Shown here in pieces: positions 1 to 10,993 of a DNA stretch of 64,000 bases (within the stretch, counting starts at the first letter, position 1; every line of letters starts with the position of its first letter). The stretch is from positions 64,001 through 128,000 of the IMG/VR virus record IMGVR_UViG_2710264778_000001. One strand, 5' to 3'. A program made the position numbers and the translations under genes. The notes beneath the pieces were generated by a model that was given only the letters and a program-made list of their open reading frames with translations, was not told the DNA's origin and searched no databases. The DNA comes from a virus (taxonomy: Duplodnaviria > Caudoviricetes).

Positions 1-206
1 TTGCACCACCTAACAAACAATTAACCCTGTCTTTAGCATGTATTAGTAATTTTGAAGCTTGTCTACTATTGATTGTTGAATTATCTATTAATGTTTTTAA
101 TTTATCTTTAGTTTCTTTTAGTTCTGCTGTATTATTTTCTATTTGAGTTTTTAAATCCTTAATTTCACCTTTTAAGCCTAGTTCTTGGAATGTCTCTTGT
201 TTCTGT
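1..206 (-). pseudogene. 5'-truncated ORF6C-like antirepressor fragment running off the window edge
   Basis: Minus strand reads QETFQELGLKGEIKDLK...STINSRQASKLLIHAKDRVNCLLGGA, preceded directly by an in-frame TAA with no start codon; the RV..LLGG pattern resembles ORF6C. Confidence 0.4.
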
Positions 207-277
207 TATTTATTAATTATATTTTATTCTCATTTATTAAAAAAGGATATATTTAAATAATATATCCTCAATCCCTC

Positions 278-1894
278 TTAACTAGCTTGATTTTTAAATG
301 CAAAATATAAGTTTCTACCTACAAAGAATTTATGTACATCCCACTTACTAGGTATTCTATTAACTCTTATTTTCCCTTGAGTAGCTTTAATTTGATTGTC
401 TGTAGCCTGCTCAACTTTCCATTTAGATTTCTTATATACAAAACTATTTCCTTCTTTAAGTGCTTCACCTTCAATCATATTCATTAATTCAAACAAATCA
501 TTACTTTCCTCAATTAATTCAAACTCATATTTATAACCATCTAATTTTTTATATTTATAGCATTCCAATTCATTATCTTCTCCATGAGTTATCACATAAT
601 CAAGATCACTCTTAGCACTCAATACAATAACTTCTTGACCACTTACAAATGTCTTAAACCAGTCAAGGCTACTATTATATAATACATTAGATAAGCTGTT
701 ATTAAATAGCTGTATTTCCTCCATTCTAATACGTTCTTGTTCTTCTTCAAGTCTCTTTTGTTCTTCAATTCGTCTTTCTAAATCTTCTTTTTCATTAATT
801 TCTCTTTGTTTTGCTTCTTTAAAGGATTCTCCATCATTCATATTAAAAATACTCTTACAGTTCAATAAATTATGCTTATATGTATTGTCTACTATATCTA
901 TTATTAAACAATCTTCTTTTCCTTCAAATAACCTTAATCCCCTACCGATCATTTGAATGAATTTCACTTTACTATTAGTTGGACTTGCAAGTATTATGCA
1001 TGACGTTGCTGGCTCATCAAATCCTGTTGTTAAAATATTTACATTGCAAATTACATCTATTTCACCATTTTTAAATTCTTCTAATACTTTCTTTCTATCG
1101 TCTGAATCTAATGTACTATCAATACTTTTAGCTTTTACACCATTAACTCTAAAACATTCTGCTAAATTATTTGCATGATCTATACCACTGGCAAAACAAA
1201 TTACTTTTCTATTTTTGCATTTTTCTAAATATGATTTTACAACAATTAAATTTCTATCTTCATTATTAACAACTCTTTCTAATTCACTTTGAACAAATTC
1301 TCCTCCAACAGTTTTTACTCCACTTATATCAGTATTAGTTGAAGCTTTATAACATCTAGGTTCACATAAATAACCTTCTTGAATTAATGACTCAATGTCT
1401 TTTGTAAATATGAAATCGCTATATAATTTTTTCATTTCTTTTACAAATGGTGTGGCACTGAATCCAATTACTTTACAATTATCATTAAATAATTTGCATA
1501 TTGAAATTTGTTGTTTGACCGCCTGATGACATTCATCTATTAATACATATTCAAATGCACCATACTTAATTATATTTTCTATTCTATCACCTTTTGAACT
1601 AGTTAATGATTGTCTTGTTGCCACTACAATTCTTTTATCTACTTCATTAATATTTGCTTGTACACTTCCTATGTTCAAATTTTCACCACAAACTTGCTTC
1701 ATTTTATCCAGTGTTTGCTCTCTCAATTCTGTAGAACATACAACAACCAAAATTCTTCCTTTTGTTATTCTTGCCAACTCTGACATAATAATTGTCTTAC
1801 CTGATCCTGTAGCTGAATATACTATTTTCTTTTCTCCAATTTGCATTGTTTGAATTGCCTTAATACATTGTTTTTGATATTCTCTTAACTTCAT
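278..1894 (-). CDS. DEAD/DEAH-box SF2 helicase (ResIII + HelicC)
   Basis: Motifs ATGSGKT, DECH, SAT, TTGFD and QMIGRGLR. Confidence 0.92.
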   Translation of the reverse strand: MKLREYQKQCIKAIQTMQIGEKKIVYSATGSGKTIIMSELARITKGRILVVVCSTELREQTLDKMKQVCGENLNIGSVQANINEVDKRIVVATRQSLTSSKGDRIENIIKYGAFEYVLIDECHQAVKQQISICKLFNDNCKVIGFSATPFVKEMKKLYSDFIFTKDIESLIQEGYLCEPRCYKASTNTDISGVKTVGGEFVQSELERVVNNEDRNLIVVKSYLEKCKNRKVICFASGIDHANNLAECFRVNGVKAKSIDSTLDSDDRKKVLEEFKNGEIDVICNVNILTTGFDEPATSCIILASPTNSKVKFIQMIGRGLRLFEGKEDCLIIDIVDNTYKHNLLNCKSIFNMNDGESFKEAKQREINEKEDLERRIEEQKRLEEEQERIRMEEIQLFNNSLSNVLYNSSLDWFKTFVSGQEVIVLSAKSDLDYVITHGEDNELECYKYKKLDGYKYEFELIEESNDLFELMNMIEGEALKEGNSFVYKKSKWKVEQATDNQIKATQGKIRVNRIPSKWDVHKFFVGRNLYFAFKNQAS

Positions 1895-1952
1895 TATTTT
1901 TTATACCTCACTTATTATAATATTTTTTATTTTATCTACACTTAAATTTCAT

Positions 1953-2200
1953 TTGCACATGATAATGCACTTTTTGTTTCAACCTTGCACATGAAAATAG
2001 GGTTATACCCTTCAACCTTGCACATGAAGTTGATATAATTTATTTCTTAGTGCCTTTTTCATGTGCAAGATTCACTGTGTCAATGTTAATATTTAAGTCA
2101 CGATTAAAGTGTATCAATAGAGAATAACTATCAAGATAAATTAATTAATAATATAAATTAACAATCAAGAAAGATTAAGATCAAGATAGAATCTCTTCTT
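1953..2200. repeat. Iteron-like array A plus AT-rich tract downstream of wHTH gene A
   Basis: TTGCACATGA at 1953, 1985 and 2018 (32-33 bp period), an inverted copy at 2059-2068, then an AT-rich tract at ~2110-2190. Confidence 0.7.
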
Positions 2201-2733
2201 TCAGAAAACGTGGCTTGTTTTTATTCTTGTTTGTCTTCTTCTGTATATTCTAATTTTTTATATTCTTCTTGTAATAATTTAAGTCTTATTTCTTCAATTT
2301 CAACTATTGTATTATTCTTTACTTTGTCAGTTAAGTTATTTATTATTTGTTTCAAGCTCCTTCTAGTATTAGATTTATTTTTGCTTAATTTACTTTGTTT
2401 TATTATTCCCTCTTTATCTCTATATGTATTTACTCTTTTAATTAATAATTCTTTATCCATATATCTGCAATAAAACATTTTAGTATTTCTTATTTGACCC
2501 TTAGCAGTCTCTTTATATCCTGCATAGTCACATCTTATAATATTATATTCTTGTAATACATTATTGTATTTTACTATTGTTGGTTCACTAATGCTTATAT
2601 CATCATTAATTTTTTGAAATGAAGGATAACAAAGTTTATAATCTTCGTCTTGTTCGTTATTATCAATAAACGAATATATGTATAATATATAATTTATTAA
2701 AGTATATACATCTAATTTATGTTTATTAGCTAT

Positions 2734-2946
2734 CTGAATACTCGTCACAACCTAAAGGTTGGACGGTTCTAAATTAATTAATACTCTTACTAACTCTCAT
2801 TTATAGCATTGTTATCATCTATATCTTACAACATTTAGTCTATTATATTAATTATCATTAGACTTTCTTGCCAATTTCTATATTTAGAAAATTAACGACA
2901 AAGGCACGATTCTAATACCTTTTTTATTTGCAATTTTTATTATTAA
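2734..2946 (-). ncRNA. Predicted TnpB omegaRNA (reRNA) scaffold, copy 1
   Basis: ~210 nt between the tnpB stop and the right end, the established location of omegaRNA; 5' boundary uncertain. Confidence 0.6.
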
Positions 2947-4389
2947 TTATATTCCCATACTTGAAATTAATCTATTATCACTATTTTTAATTCTTATTAT
3001 TTCAATATCATGCAATGTTTTAAAACTATCAAATTCACTTAGTAATTTATCTCTATCTATTGTATCTAATTTCATTTTATCATCTATTATTACATTCTTT
3101 ATTATTAAACCACTCATTAAATCTCTTTGTATTTTGCAATTCTCAAACTCATTCCATCTTTGAGATAATTTCTTTTTAATATATTCATCAGTAAATGGAT
3201 TATATTGACTAGCCTTAACTTTATAAGTATTAACTTTAAATAACCATAAACTTTCATATTTTAATTTTCTATTTAGTATTTCTAAAAACATACTCGGCGC
3301 TTTGTTTGCTAGACTCTTTCCAAATCTTTTCTTTTTATTAAATTTGCCTGTCTTCTCATTTATAGTTGTATTTTTACTTCTAGCTTGTAATCCACTATAA
3401 TTCATAGTTTCGACTTTTATTATATTTCCTAAAGATAAAACATAATTAGCTAGTTCTTCATGAGATTGTTTTCTAATCCTAGCCATTTTTCCTTGAATAT
3501 CTCTTAGTTTATTTTGAGTTTTAATATAATTCTTGGATTTAATCCATTTATCTCTATTATGAATATTAATTGTTTCATCTTCATTATATTTATTAGGATT
3601 GTTAGCACGTCTTTGTCTATCTAATTTTCTAGATAATCTAGTTTTAACTTTTTGAATATTATTAATTCCCTCAGCTAATTCTAATAACTTAGTTTCATTA
3701 TCTGATACAATAGCTACTGTTCTAGTTCCAATATCTAGCCCAACTTCACCTTGTCCAATATCTCTTTTTTTAGGTGGTATTCCTGTTAAAACTAATTGAA
3801 CATAATATAAATTTCTATTTCCCTTTTGTTTTCTTATTATTCTACAATATTTAATTTTATCCTGTAATGCTAATTGTGCATATTCATCATTATTTCTAAC
3901 AACGCATTCTAAAATTAAATCATTGAAATATATTCTACCATCTCTATATCTAATTCCTTGTCTATTAGTTAATCCTTCGATAGAATACATTTCATTGTAT
4001 CTAATAAAATTAACTCGTTTAGCATTTCCAAATCTCATTCTATCTATTGTTTTTATAACTCTAGCAGATAATGCTTGAACTGTATTTGCATCTATATCTT
4101 TAAATTCATTAACTCTTAAAGAAGTTGAATATTTATTTAAAGCAAATTTATCATAGTTAGCATATTCTTCTGCTTGTTTAAATAAACTAGATTTAGTTTT
4201 CTTATCAGTTTCTATTCTTGCTTGTTGATATAATTTAGATTCTCTCATTAGTCTAAATCTTCTTAATCCTTCATCTAGTAAAGCATTGTATAGTTTTCTT
4301 GATAATTCAAAGTATTTATCTAATGCCACTATTTCTGATTTATTTGTTTTAAGCTTTAAAGTTAATACATAACTATCTGTTTTCGCCAT
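2947..4389 (-). CDS. tnpB: RNA-guided endonuclease TnpB
   Basis: RuvC-I GLDIG, RuvC-II KVETM and RuvC-III QRDLMS; downstream of tnpA. Confidence 0.93.
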   Translation of the reverse strand: MAKTDSYVLTLKLKTNKSEIVALDKYFELSRKLYNALLDEGLRRFRLMRESKLYQQARIETDKKTKSSLFKQAEEYANYDKFALNKYSTSLRVNEFKDIDANTVQALSARVIKTIDRMRFGNAKRVNFIRYNEMYSIEGLTNRQGIRYRDGRIYFNDLILECVVRNNDEYAQLALQDKIKYCRIIRKQKGNRNLYYVQLVLTGIPPKKRDIGQGEVGLDIGTRTVAIVSDNETKLLELAEGINNIQKVKTRLSRKLDRQRRANNPNKYNEDETINIHNRDKWIKSKNYIKTQNKLRDIQGKMARIRKQSHEELANYVLSLGNIIKVETMNYSGLQARSKNTTINEKTGKFNKKKRFGKSLANKAPSMFLEILNRKLKYESLWLFKVNTYKVKASQYNPFTDEYIKKKLSQRWNEFENCKIQRDLMSGLIIKNVIIDDKMKLDTIDRDKLLSEFDSFKTLHDIEIIRIKNSDNRLISSMGI

Positions 4390-4471
4390 AAATATTCACT
4401 TCCTTTCGTTTTATATAATATATTTTGTTTACTAATATAATTATACTCTTTTTAGTATAATTTGTCAAATA

Positions 4472-4891
4472 TTACTTACCTTGATTTTCAATATATTTCT
4501 TTACTACTTCTAGGCTTACGCTTCCTACAGTAGCAATAAAAGTTGACCTACTCCAAAACTTTCCTCCCCATAATTTATTACGTTTTATATATGGAAATTC
4601 TTCAAATAATCTATGAGCAGAAATTTGTTTTATTAAAGAGACACATTTACAAATACCAAATCTAGGATTACAAGTTATTATCATGTGAATATGGTCTCTA
4701 TCTGTTTCAATATCTTCTATGATAAAATCATAAGCTTTAGAAACTTCTATACAAATTTCTTTTAATCTATCTGAAACTTTACCTACTAATATTTTATGTC
4801 TATATTTAGGACAAAATACTATATGATAACTACAACGAAAAACTAAATGTTCACTCGAATAATATTTATCATTTTCTCTATATTGTTTCAT
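4472..4891 (-). CDS. tnpA: IS200-type Y1 HUH transposase
   Basis: YHIVFCPKYR, DHIH (HUH), FWSRS and KKYIENQ. Confidence 0.97.
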   Translation of the reverse strand: MKQYRENDKYYSSEHLVFRCSYHIVFCPKYRHKILVGKVSDRLKEICIEVSKAYDFIIEDIETDRDHIHMIITCNPRFGICKCVSLIKQISAHRLFEEFPYIKRNKLWGGKFWSRSTFIATVGSVSLEVVKKYIENQGK

Positions 4892-5386
4892 TTTATTCTC
4901 CTCAAAGGGCTATTCCTCTGCACAAGCTAAAGCTTGGCAGTTACCTAGCCTAATTTTATATGTATTAATTCTAATATCTCTCTATCATATAACATTGTAA
5001 ATTCTCCAACATCTTCAATATAAGAATATAATGTTTCGTGCCTATCAATACTTTCTATATCTGTTATGTTTTCATCTTCATTTAATATATTTTTATACAA
5101 TATTATAATTTTATCATTAATTAGCTCTTGTAGTATATTTTTAATATCATTTACTTTTCTGCTGTTATTTCTAGAATAGCCTAATGTATCTAATAACCAT
5201 GTTATTGAAAATATACATGTACCTTTACAAGTTAAATTCATTGTTATTAATGCTAATATAGTTAATTGTTGGCTATTCAATATGTAATCTCCATCTTTTA
5301 TATATTTTTTATCAATCATTATAAATGTGTCATCTTCTCTTATTTCTTTCATATTGTTTTTTAATACCTCTCTTATTAATTATTTT

Positions 5387-5578
5387 TTATTTGTCTTCAA
5401 ATCGCATCTTTTGGAATATCCTCCATTTAATCAGTATTTTATCAAGCTTATCACCTCTTTCAAAAATCCAAAATTCTTTATTAGTTTTGTAATGTGTTCC
5501 TGAATCAAAATAAACTTGTCCCATATTGCAAATAAAGTCTTTCTTTACTGGATTATAACAATAATAATATTTATTCAT
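5387..5578 (-). CDS. Small phage protein (DUF5659-like) directly upstream of wHTH gene A
   Basis: YCYN...G..Y...G.H..T...FW.F pattern; RBS present. Confidence 0.55.
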   Translation of the reverse strand: MNKYYYCYNPVKKDFICNMGQVYFDSGTHYKTNKEFWIFERGDKLDKILIKWRIFQKMRFEDK

Positions 5579-5799
5579 TTTTCATTACTCCTTTTGATTG
5601 TTTGATTATTGAACTTATATATATTTTATTCACTCAGCACCTTATCACAACCTTTCAATTAATTTATAATGCACTTAAAGAGTCACAATCTCAATTATTT
5701 TTTGAAACTGCAACTCTAAATCTATATAAACCATATTTCTATGGATTGAACTATAATAAATGTATTTAAAATAGGGTTTTTAACTGCCTATGTATTTAG

Positions 5800-5991
5800 T
5801 TATTCCCAACACATTGTTTCTTGATATATTTCTTTTTGTTCTGCCTCTGTAAATTCTCCAGATATTTTATATTCTCCACTTAACCATTGAGTCATTACAA
5901 AGTTCTTACCATTATATTCACCTTTTATTAATCCCATGTTTGGATTTTCCCAAGTTTCACTATAATTTTTTATTTTAATCATAATAATCAA
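5800..5991 (-). CDS. Hypothetical protein
   Basis: 63-aa ORF with AAGGA RBS. Confidence 0.55.
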   Translation of the reverse strand: MIIMIKIKNYSETWENPNMGLIKGEYNGKNFVMTQWLSGEYKISGEFTEAEQKEIYQETMCWE

Positions 5992-6145
5992 CCATCCTTT
6001 TATGTAACCTTAACGCCCTTTTTGGTGCGTGGTATAATTTGTTTTCTCTTAACTTATGAGTTAATTATATCATATATTTTATTTGTGAACAATGCTTTTT
6101 TTCAAAATATTTCAAACTTAATTATAATTTATTTTCATAACTCTA

Positions 6146-7030
6146 CTATCTTTCATTTAATGGAATTGGTCTTATCTCTAACAGTCTTCCATCCTGTATA
6201 ATTACCTTACATTTTTCGCCTACTTGCCAGCCGTCAGTCCCTTCTATATCTTCATACATATATTTATTACCATTAACAATTAAAAACGTTTCTTCGCCTT
6301 GTTTTTGACTTATTTCTGTATTATATACTTGTGGTTCACTATCAACGGTGCAATCTATTATTTGATTATTAGAATCCATTGTAATATTAACTTGTTCTGA
6401 TAAATAATATTTGTCAGGATCATCTACATAGAATTTATACAAATCTCCATGTTTGTCTACTGTAATTGATTTATCTATATAATTGATTGATTGTATTTGT
6501 ACATCTAAATTAGTGTATTTTTCTCCATTTTTATAAACTGTAACAATATCACTAGTTTCATTAGTATAATGGTCTATTACCTCGCTGTCTATATTTATTA
6601 AATTACTTTTGATTACTTCATCATTTTTAAATGTTAATTGTACTTTGTCATTTACTTTATAGTTATTATCATCAGCGTAGAATGAATATAGATTACCCTC
6701 TACATTTACTACAACTAGATTATTTTTATCTGGATAAGTTTGTACTATAATTCCATTATATTGACCATTTAACGCTTCATGTGTGTCTTCTGCGTTTAAG
6801 TCAAGTATTATTATTGCGCCCTTATTCCATTGCTCGTCACTTGTATCTGCATCTCTTTCTACTATATAAATCTTATTATTATATTCAGCCTCTATTATAT
6901 AGTTATCTGCATATATTATTGTTGCATTAACTGTATTTGGTGTGTGATATTGTGCAAATGTTGGTATACTTGTTAATATTGTAATTGCTCCAGTCATTAT
7001 TATTAATTTTAATACGCTTGTTATTTTCAT
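6146..7030 (-). CDS. Secreted protein with repeated beta-barrel-like units
   Basis: Signal peptide ending PTFA; internal repeats (LYSFYADDNNYKVNDKV / LYKFYVDDPDKYYLSEQV). Confidence 0.7.
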   Translation of the reverse strand: MKITSVLKLIIMTGAITILTSIPTFAQYHTPNTVNATIIYADNYIIEAEYNNKIYIVERDADTSDEQWNKGAIIILDLNAEDTHEALNGQYNGIIVQTYPDKNNLVVVNVEGNLYSFYADDNNYKVNDKVQLTFKNDEVIKSNLINIDSEVIDHYTNETSDIVTVYKNGEKYTNLDVQIQSINYIDKSITVDKHGDLYKFYVDDPDKYYLSEQVNITMDSNNQIIDCTVDSEPQVYNTEISQKQGEETFLIVNGNKYMYEDIEGTDGWQVGEKCKVIIQDGRLLEIRPIPLNER

Positions 7031-7441
7031 TTTACATTACCTCTTTCATTCTTTTAATATTTAATTACTTGTTTTTAAACTTATTCATATTTTGTTTATA
7101 ATAATTCAATTTTACATTTATTAAAAGCCTCTAACAAACAATTACATTCATTTATATTTTTTAAAACTGAATTTCTAACATCCATGTATATATTACCTTT
7201 TTTATTATTTATTATAGATTTATTAAAAAAGTATCTAATTAATTTATTAGTCATAATTGTTCAATTCTCCTCTTAGTATATTATATAATGGCGTTTACAT
7301 GCTCCGTATTAAATTTTATTTAGTTAATTAGCATTAGTTGTCTATGATTATTTTCTTCTTTAAATAAGCTTATTTTAGATTCTAGGATATAAATATTTCA
7401 TGCGTTATGTTTATTTTATTTATATCCTAGAAATTTTATTT

Positions 7442-7651
7442 TTACATTGCAATATTACCATTATCTTTTAAAGATTCAGCGATTATTTTAGCTTTATCTA
7501 CTGATAGCTTACTCCTATTACGTTGCCATGCATTGTTTGTATATGAGTATCTAAATCCATTAGATTTTAATATTTTTCTTATGCTTTCTTCTGGTTTATC
7601 TGGAAAAATCATTTGCACTCTATTTGCTTCTAAATTATCAATTATTTTTAT
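7442..7651 (-). pseudogene. Orphan C-terminal fragment of the 8931..10097 gene
   Basis: Start-less frame IKIIDNLEANRVQMIFPDKPEESIRKILKSNGFRYSYTNNAWQR..., a C-terminal domain typical of phage/plasmid polyvalent proteins. Confidence 0.7.
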
Positions 7652-8928
7652 TCTATTGAGTATTTAAATGAATATCCCTTATATTCATTTTTTTCGTTTT
7701 TACACACGGAAATTATACAATTATGAAACAATTTTGTTCCAAACAATTCTTCTGATTGTCTTTCTAATTCTTTAGCAGATTTAAATACACCTAGTGACTT
7801 ATTATCTTTAAACATTTCTATTTTAAAAGATGCTCTTTGAATATTTTTATTCTGTTCTTCTGTTGCGTTATAGTAGCACCAACCTAATTTTGTTCCTTTC
7901 TTAAGGTAGTTTCTAATAGTTCCATCGTTTAACTTAAATGTTTTAGATAAATCTTTTGTTGTTAATGTTTCATTGTGTAATTTCCAATAGTAACAAATTT
8001 CTTTAACTAGATTTTTTTCGGAGTTTTGTCCAACTTTTATCCAATCTACACTATTTAAATCAAATATATTGTTTAATCTTGAATTTAATATATTATTTTT
8101 TATATATATTAAATCTGACTTTCTACAATCGATAATTATATAATTATTTTCTTTAATTCCATTCTGAATTGCCAATTCATATTTGTTTTTATCGTTTTTA
8201 ATATTTTGTTCTAGAGTTAATTTTAAATTAGTTTGTTTCTTATAATGTTGTAAACCATGAGCCTCTATAATATAGTCTTCATTATTATATCTAAAATAAA
8301 AATCGTATTTATAATTTTTACACCACTTAACATTTGTTTTAGAATATTGTGCTATAAAAATCAGATTTAATTGAGAGAACAAATTGTTAATTATCTTTTC
8401 AGGATAACTAATTCCATCACCACATCTATCACAAGAAACACCATACGAATATAAATTACAAACTGTAGTTTCTTTTTCAAATCCACAATCAATGCATTTA
8501 ATTAATATTTTATCCTTGCTAGAATATGTATGTGTATGAGAATCTTCTACTTCTACAAAATACTTGATTAAATGTGGATGCGTAGTCGCTATATCGTTAA
8601 TTCCTTTTACTACAACTTGCGGATTTGAGCAACAACAAGCACAACCTACTCCATTCGATAAATGATTTTCATGTATCCACAATTCATCTTTGTGTTTTTT
8701 ATCTAATGTACTCCAATGTTCGCCACAATCAAATCCACAAATATTACATTTGTATTTATAATACTTATAATTATTATTTGTATATCCATTTTTCTTTCTT
8801 TTATCTTTTATTTGCTTCTTAACTATTTTTCTATCTATAACAATTAAATCTCTTTTAATAGTATCATCCTCATTACAATCAATAATTCTTTGCCCTATAT
8901 TATATTTCCAATTTATTTCTTTTTGCAT
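7648..8928 (-). CDS. Free-standing homing-type endonuclease (Zn ribbons, Vsr/PD-(D/E)XK-like domain, NUMOD1-like C-terminus)
   Basis: Several CxxC pairs; GINDIATTHP; YDFYF...IIEAHGLQH; C-terminal FKSAKEL...YKGYSFKY. Confidence 0.8.
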   Translation of the reverse strand: MQKEINWKYNIGQRIIDCNEDDTIKRDLIVIDRKIVKKQIKDKRKKNGYTNNNYKYYKYKCNICGFDCGEHWSTLDKKHKDELWIHENHLSNGVGCACCCSNPQVVVKGINDIATTHPHLIKYFVEVEDSHTHTYSSKDKILIKCIDCGFEKETTVCNLYSYGVSCDRCGDGISYPEKIINNLFSQLNLIFIAQYSKTNVKWCKNYKYDFYFRYNNEDYIIEAHGLQHYKKQTNLKLTLEQNIKNDKNKYELAIQNGIKENNYIIIDCRKSDLIYIKNNILNSRLNNIFDLNSVDWIKVGQNSEKNLVKEICYYWKLHNETLTTKDLSKTFKLNDGTIRNYLKKGTKLGWCYYNATEEQNKNIQRASFKIEMFKDNKSLGVFKSAKELERQSEELFGTKLFHNCIISVCKNEKNEYKGYSFKYSIE

Positions 8929-8930
8929 TA

Positions 8931-10097
8931 TTAAATCACTCCTTTTATTTTTTGTGTCATATTCTCAACAACATTATTATATTCTTGAGTCGCTGATCCT
9001 TCTTTATAATCATAAAAAGACATATTTTCTTTAGCTCTTTTTGCAAGTTGTTCATTGATTATTATTTCAGGTTGCTTAACTGGCTCAACTTCTTGAGTTG
9101 TTTCAATTTGTTCTATAGTAGTATTAAATTCCTTTTGTAATAGTTCTGTTGGATCTTCTGCAAATATAAACCCTTTTTTAAATCTGCTGTAATATCCTCC
9201 AATAGATTTTATTTCTATAGATATATCTATATATTCAGCTTTTGAAACTGTTCTTGTTAACTTAGCTACAAATATTTTAGCACCTGTTTTTGTATGTATG
9301 TCCTCAGACACTATAAATTCTATTGAATCATTGTTAGTTGTTTGATTTTCTTGAGTATTTAAAATTTCTTTTTTTACTTCTTGTGGTTCTACGTCATCTG
9401 TTAAAACTTCAACTGGTTTAACTTCTTCTTTCTTGATTTCCTTTTCAGTTTCTTTTAAAGATTCCTTTGTTACCTTATCTATTTCAATTACAACACAATT
9501 ATTTATAAATTCTTGAGTTAAACTTTTGTTTAATCCGTGTGTATATTTCATAGCAGTATCAAAGCAATAACTTTCACAAGTTTTATTTAAAAGTTCTGTT
9601 CTTATTCTTTGACCTTCAATGACTTTGATTTTGAAATATTGATCCTTTTTAAAAGCTTTATTATTATAACCATTTGTTGAAAACTTAACTTGATTAATCA
9701 TCTTTACTTTATATTCAATTCCGACTGCATTTAAATCAATCTTTATATCTGTTTCATTTATTTTATTTACAATTGTTTTATTATCTCTTGATATTAAATA
9801 AGCTTTTAACTCTTTATTAGCTTCTTTTAATTCTGCGACATTGTTTAAAGGCTTTGCAGTTACTTGTGGATCGTGTTTAATTCCATTATTATCGTAAAAA
9901 TAAAGTGTATATCCAGATGTTTTAATTTCTCCATTTAATTTTACTTTTTCAAGTAAATATCCATTGTCTCCTGAATAATTTTCATCATTTGCAATATCTC
10001 TAGTAACCTTATATAAAGCATTTTCCCCTTTTACTTTACATCCTGTTAATAATACATATTGATCTTTATTTAATTTAGTTCCATTGAATTTACACAT
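8931..10097 (-). CDS. Polyvalent-type early protein, C-terminally truncated
   Basis: Contains HTKTG...GGYYSRFKKGFIF and AKRAKENMSFYDYKEGSAT; the probable C-terminus lies beyond the endonuclease gene. Confidence 0.65.
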   Translation of the reverse strand: MCKFNGTKLNKDQYVLLTGCKVKGENALYKVTRDIANDENYSGDNGYLLEKVKLNGEIKTSGYTLYFYDNNGIKHDPQVTAKPLNNVAELKEANKELKAYLISRDNKTIVNKINETDIKIDLNAVGIEYKVKMINQVKFSTNGYNNKAFKKDQYFKIKVIEGQRIRTELLNKTCESYCFDTAMKYTHGLNKSLTQEFINNCVVIEIDKVTKESLKETEKEIKKEEVKPVEVLTDDVEPQEVKKEILNTQENQTTNNDSIEFIVSEDIHTKTGAKIFVAKLTRTVSKAEYIDISIEIKSIGGYYSRFKKGFIFAEDPTELLQKEFNTTIEQIETTQEVEPVKQPEIIINEQLAKRAKENMSFYDYKEGSATQEYNNVVENMTQKIKGVI

Positions 10098-10220
10098 TTC
10101 AATCTACCTCACTTTTATTATTATAATTTGTTTTCCTGTCTTCCATGATTCTATTATATATCATCTGTACGTATAAAGTCAACAACTTTTAAAAATAAAT
10201 TATAATTAAGTATAAAATTT

Positions 10221-10409
10221 TTAATCATTGCTTTTTAACTGTTTTTCTTTCTCATTGATCCAGTTTTTAACCTCCTGCAAATCCTCTATATTATTTAAGT
10301 AATTATTTATAAATGTTTTGCAGTTACTTTTGTACTTTGTATATGTTGCCTTTTCTTTATTCTTCTCAGCCCATTTCTTTTTTGCTCTTATTTGTGCATC
10401 TGTTGCCAT
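10221..10409 (-). CDS. Small basic protein, candidate regulator
   Basis: AQIRAKKKWAEKN N-terminus typical of small phage DNA-binding proteins. Confidence 0.6.
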   Translation of the reverse strand: MATDAQIRAKKKWAEKNKEKATYTKYKSNCKTFINNYLNNIEDLQEVKNWINEKEKQLKSND

Positions 10410-10563
10410 ATTATCAACCTCTTTATATATGATATTATTGTTTATATTACTATTAGTATTTAACTAAAGTATATATCTGTATGTATAAAATGTAAAGATA
10501 ATTATATTAATTAAATGTATAGAAAAAGGGATTATAAACCCCCTTAATTAAATCTATATTGAA

Positions 10564-10905
10564 TTATAAACTTGTATACATTCCAGTAACTTCTGTAAAT
10601 ATTTCTTGTAGCTGGTCACAATAAATACCGTTTAAAACTTTTATATCTTTGTTAATAATTGGACTAGTTTCAAATGTTTTTATATTCAATTTACCTCCAG
10701 TTACTTTATAAAATCTTAAATCGTATGTATCCATAGAATTTAATGTAATTCTTAGATAATTAGATTTACTCATATTTTTTGGTAACTTCATATTTAAAGA
10801 ATTATTATCATAAGTCAATTGTTTTGCTCCAGTCATTGCTAAAAACTTATTTCCTCCTAGTTGTTTTAATATTTCCATTGCTACTATATTATTATTATTA
10901 TTCAT
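10564..10905 (-). CDS. Conserved phage hypothetical protein
   Basis: ILKQLGGNKFLAMTGAK...GIYCDQLQEIFTEVTG. Confidence 0.75.
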   Translation of the reverse strand: MNNNNNIVAMEILKQLGGNKFLAMTGAKQLTYDNNSLNMKLPKNMSKSNYLRITLNSMDTYDLRFYKVTGGKLNIKTFETSPIINKDIKVLNGIYCDQLQEIFTEVTGMYTSL

Positions 10906-10993
10906 TTTTAAACACCTCTAATTAAATTATTAAGGAGTTTTAGGTACTCCTTAAACCTTATCAATTTATATTTATTTTATCTTTATGTATTTA

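Larger units (their letters stand above)
2734..4959 (-). mobile_element. IS200/IS605-family element (tnpA + tnpB), copy 1, 2226 bp
   Basis: Same sequence as 28965-31190; inserted 3' of TACAT with no TSD; subterminal hairpins CTGCCAAGCT-TT-AGCTTGTGCAG and CGTCCAACCT-TT-AGGTTGTGACG; ends in TTCAG. Confidence 0.96.
2221..5352 (-). pseudogene. Tandem wHTH Rep-like protein A (301 aa restored), interrupted by IS copy 1
   Basis: Joining 5352-4960 to 2733-2221 gives in-frame ...ELIH|IANKH..., collinear with paralog 26847..27773 (ELLKIANTY); contains an LCYPSF...SEPTIVKY HTH. Confidence 0.9.

Noticed and set aside
7648-8928. Intron or intein surrounding the endonuclease
   Set aside because: There is no flanking non-coding scaffold, the gene has its own RBS and stop, and the fragments are not joined by a recognisable splice junction
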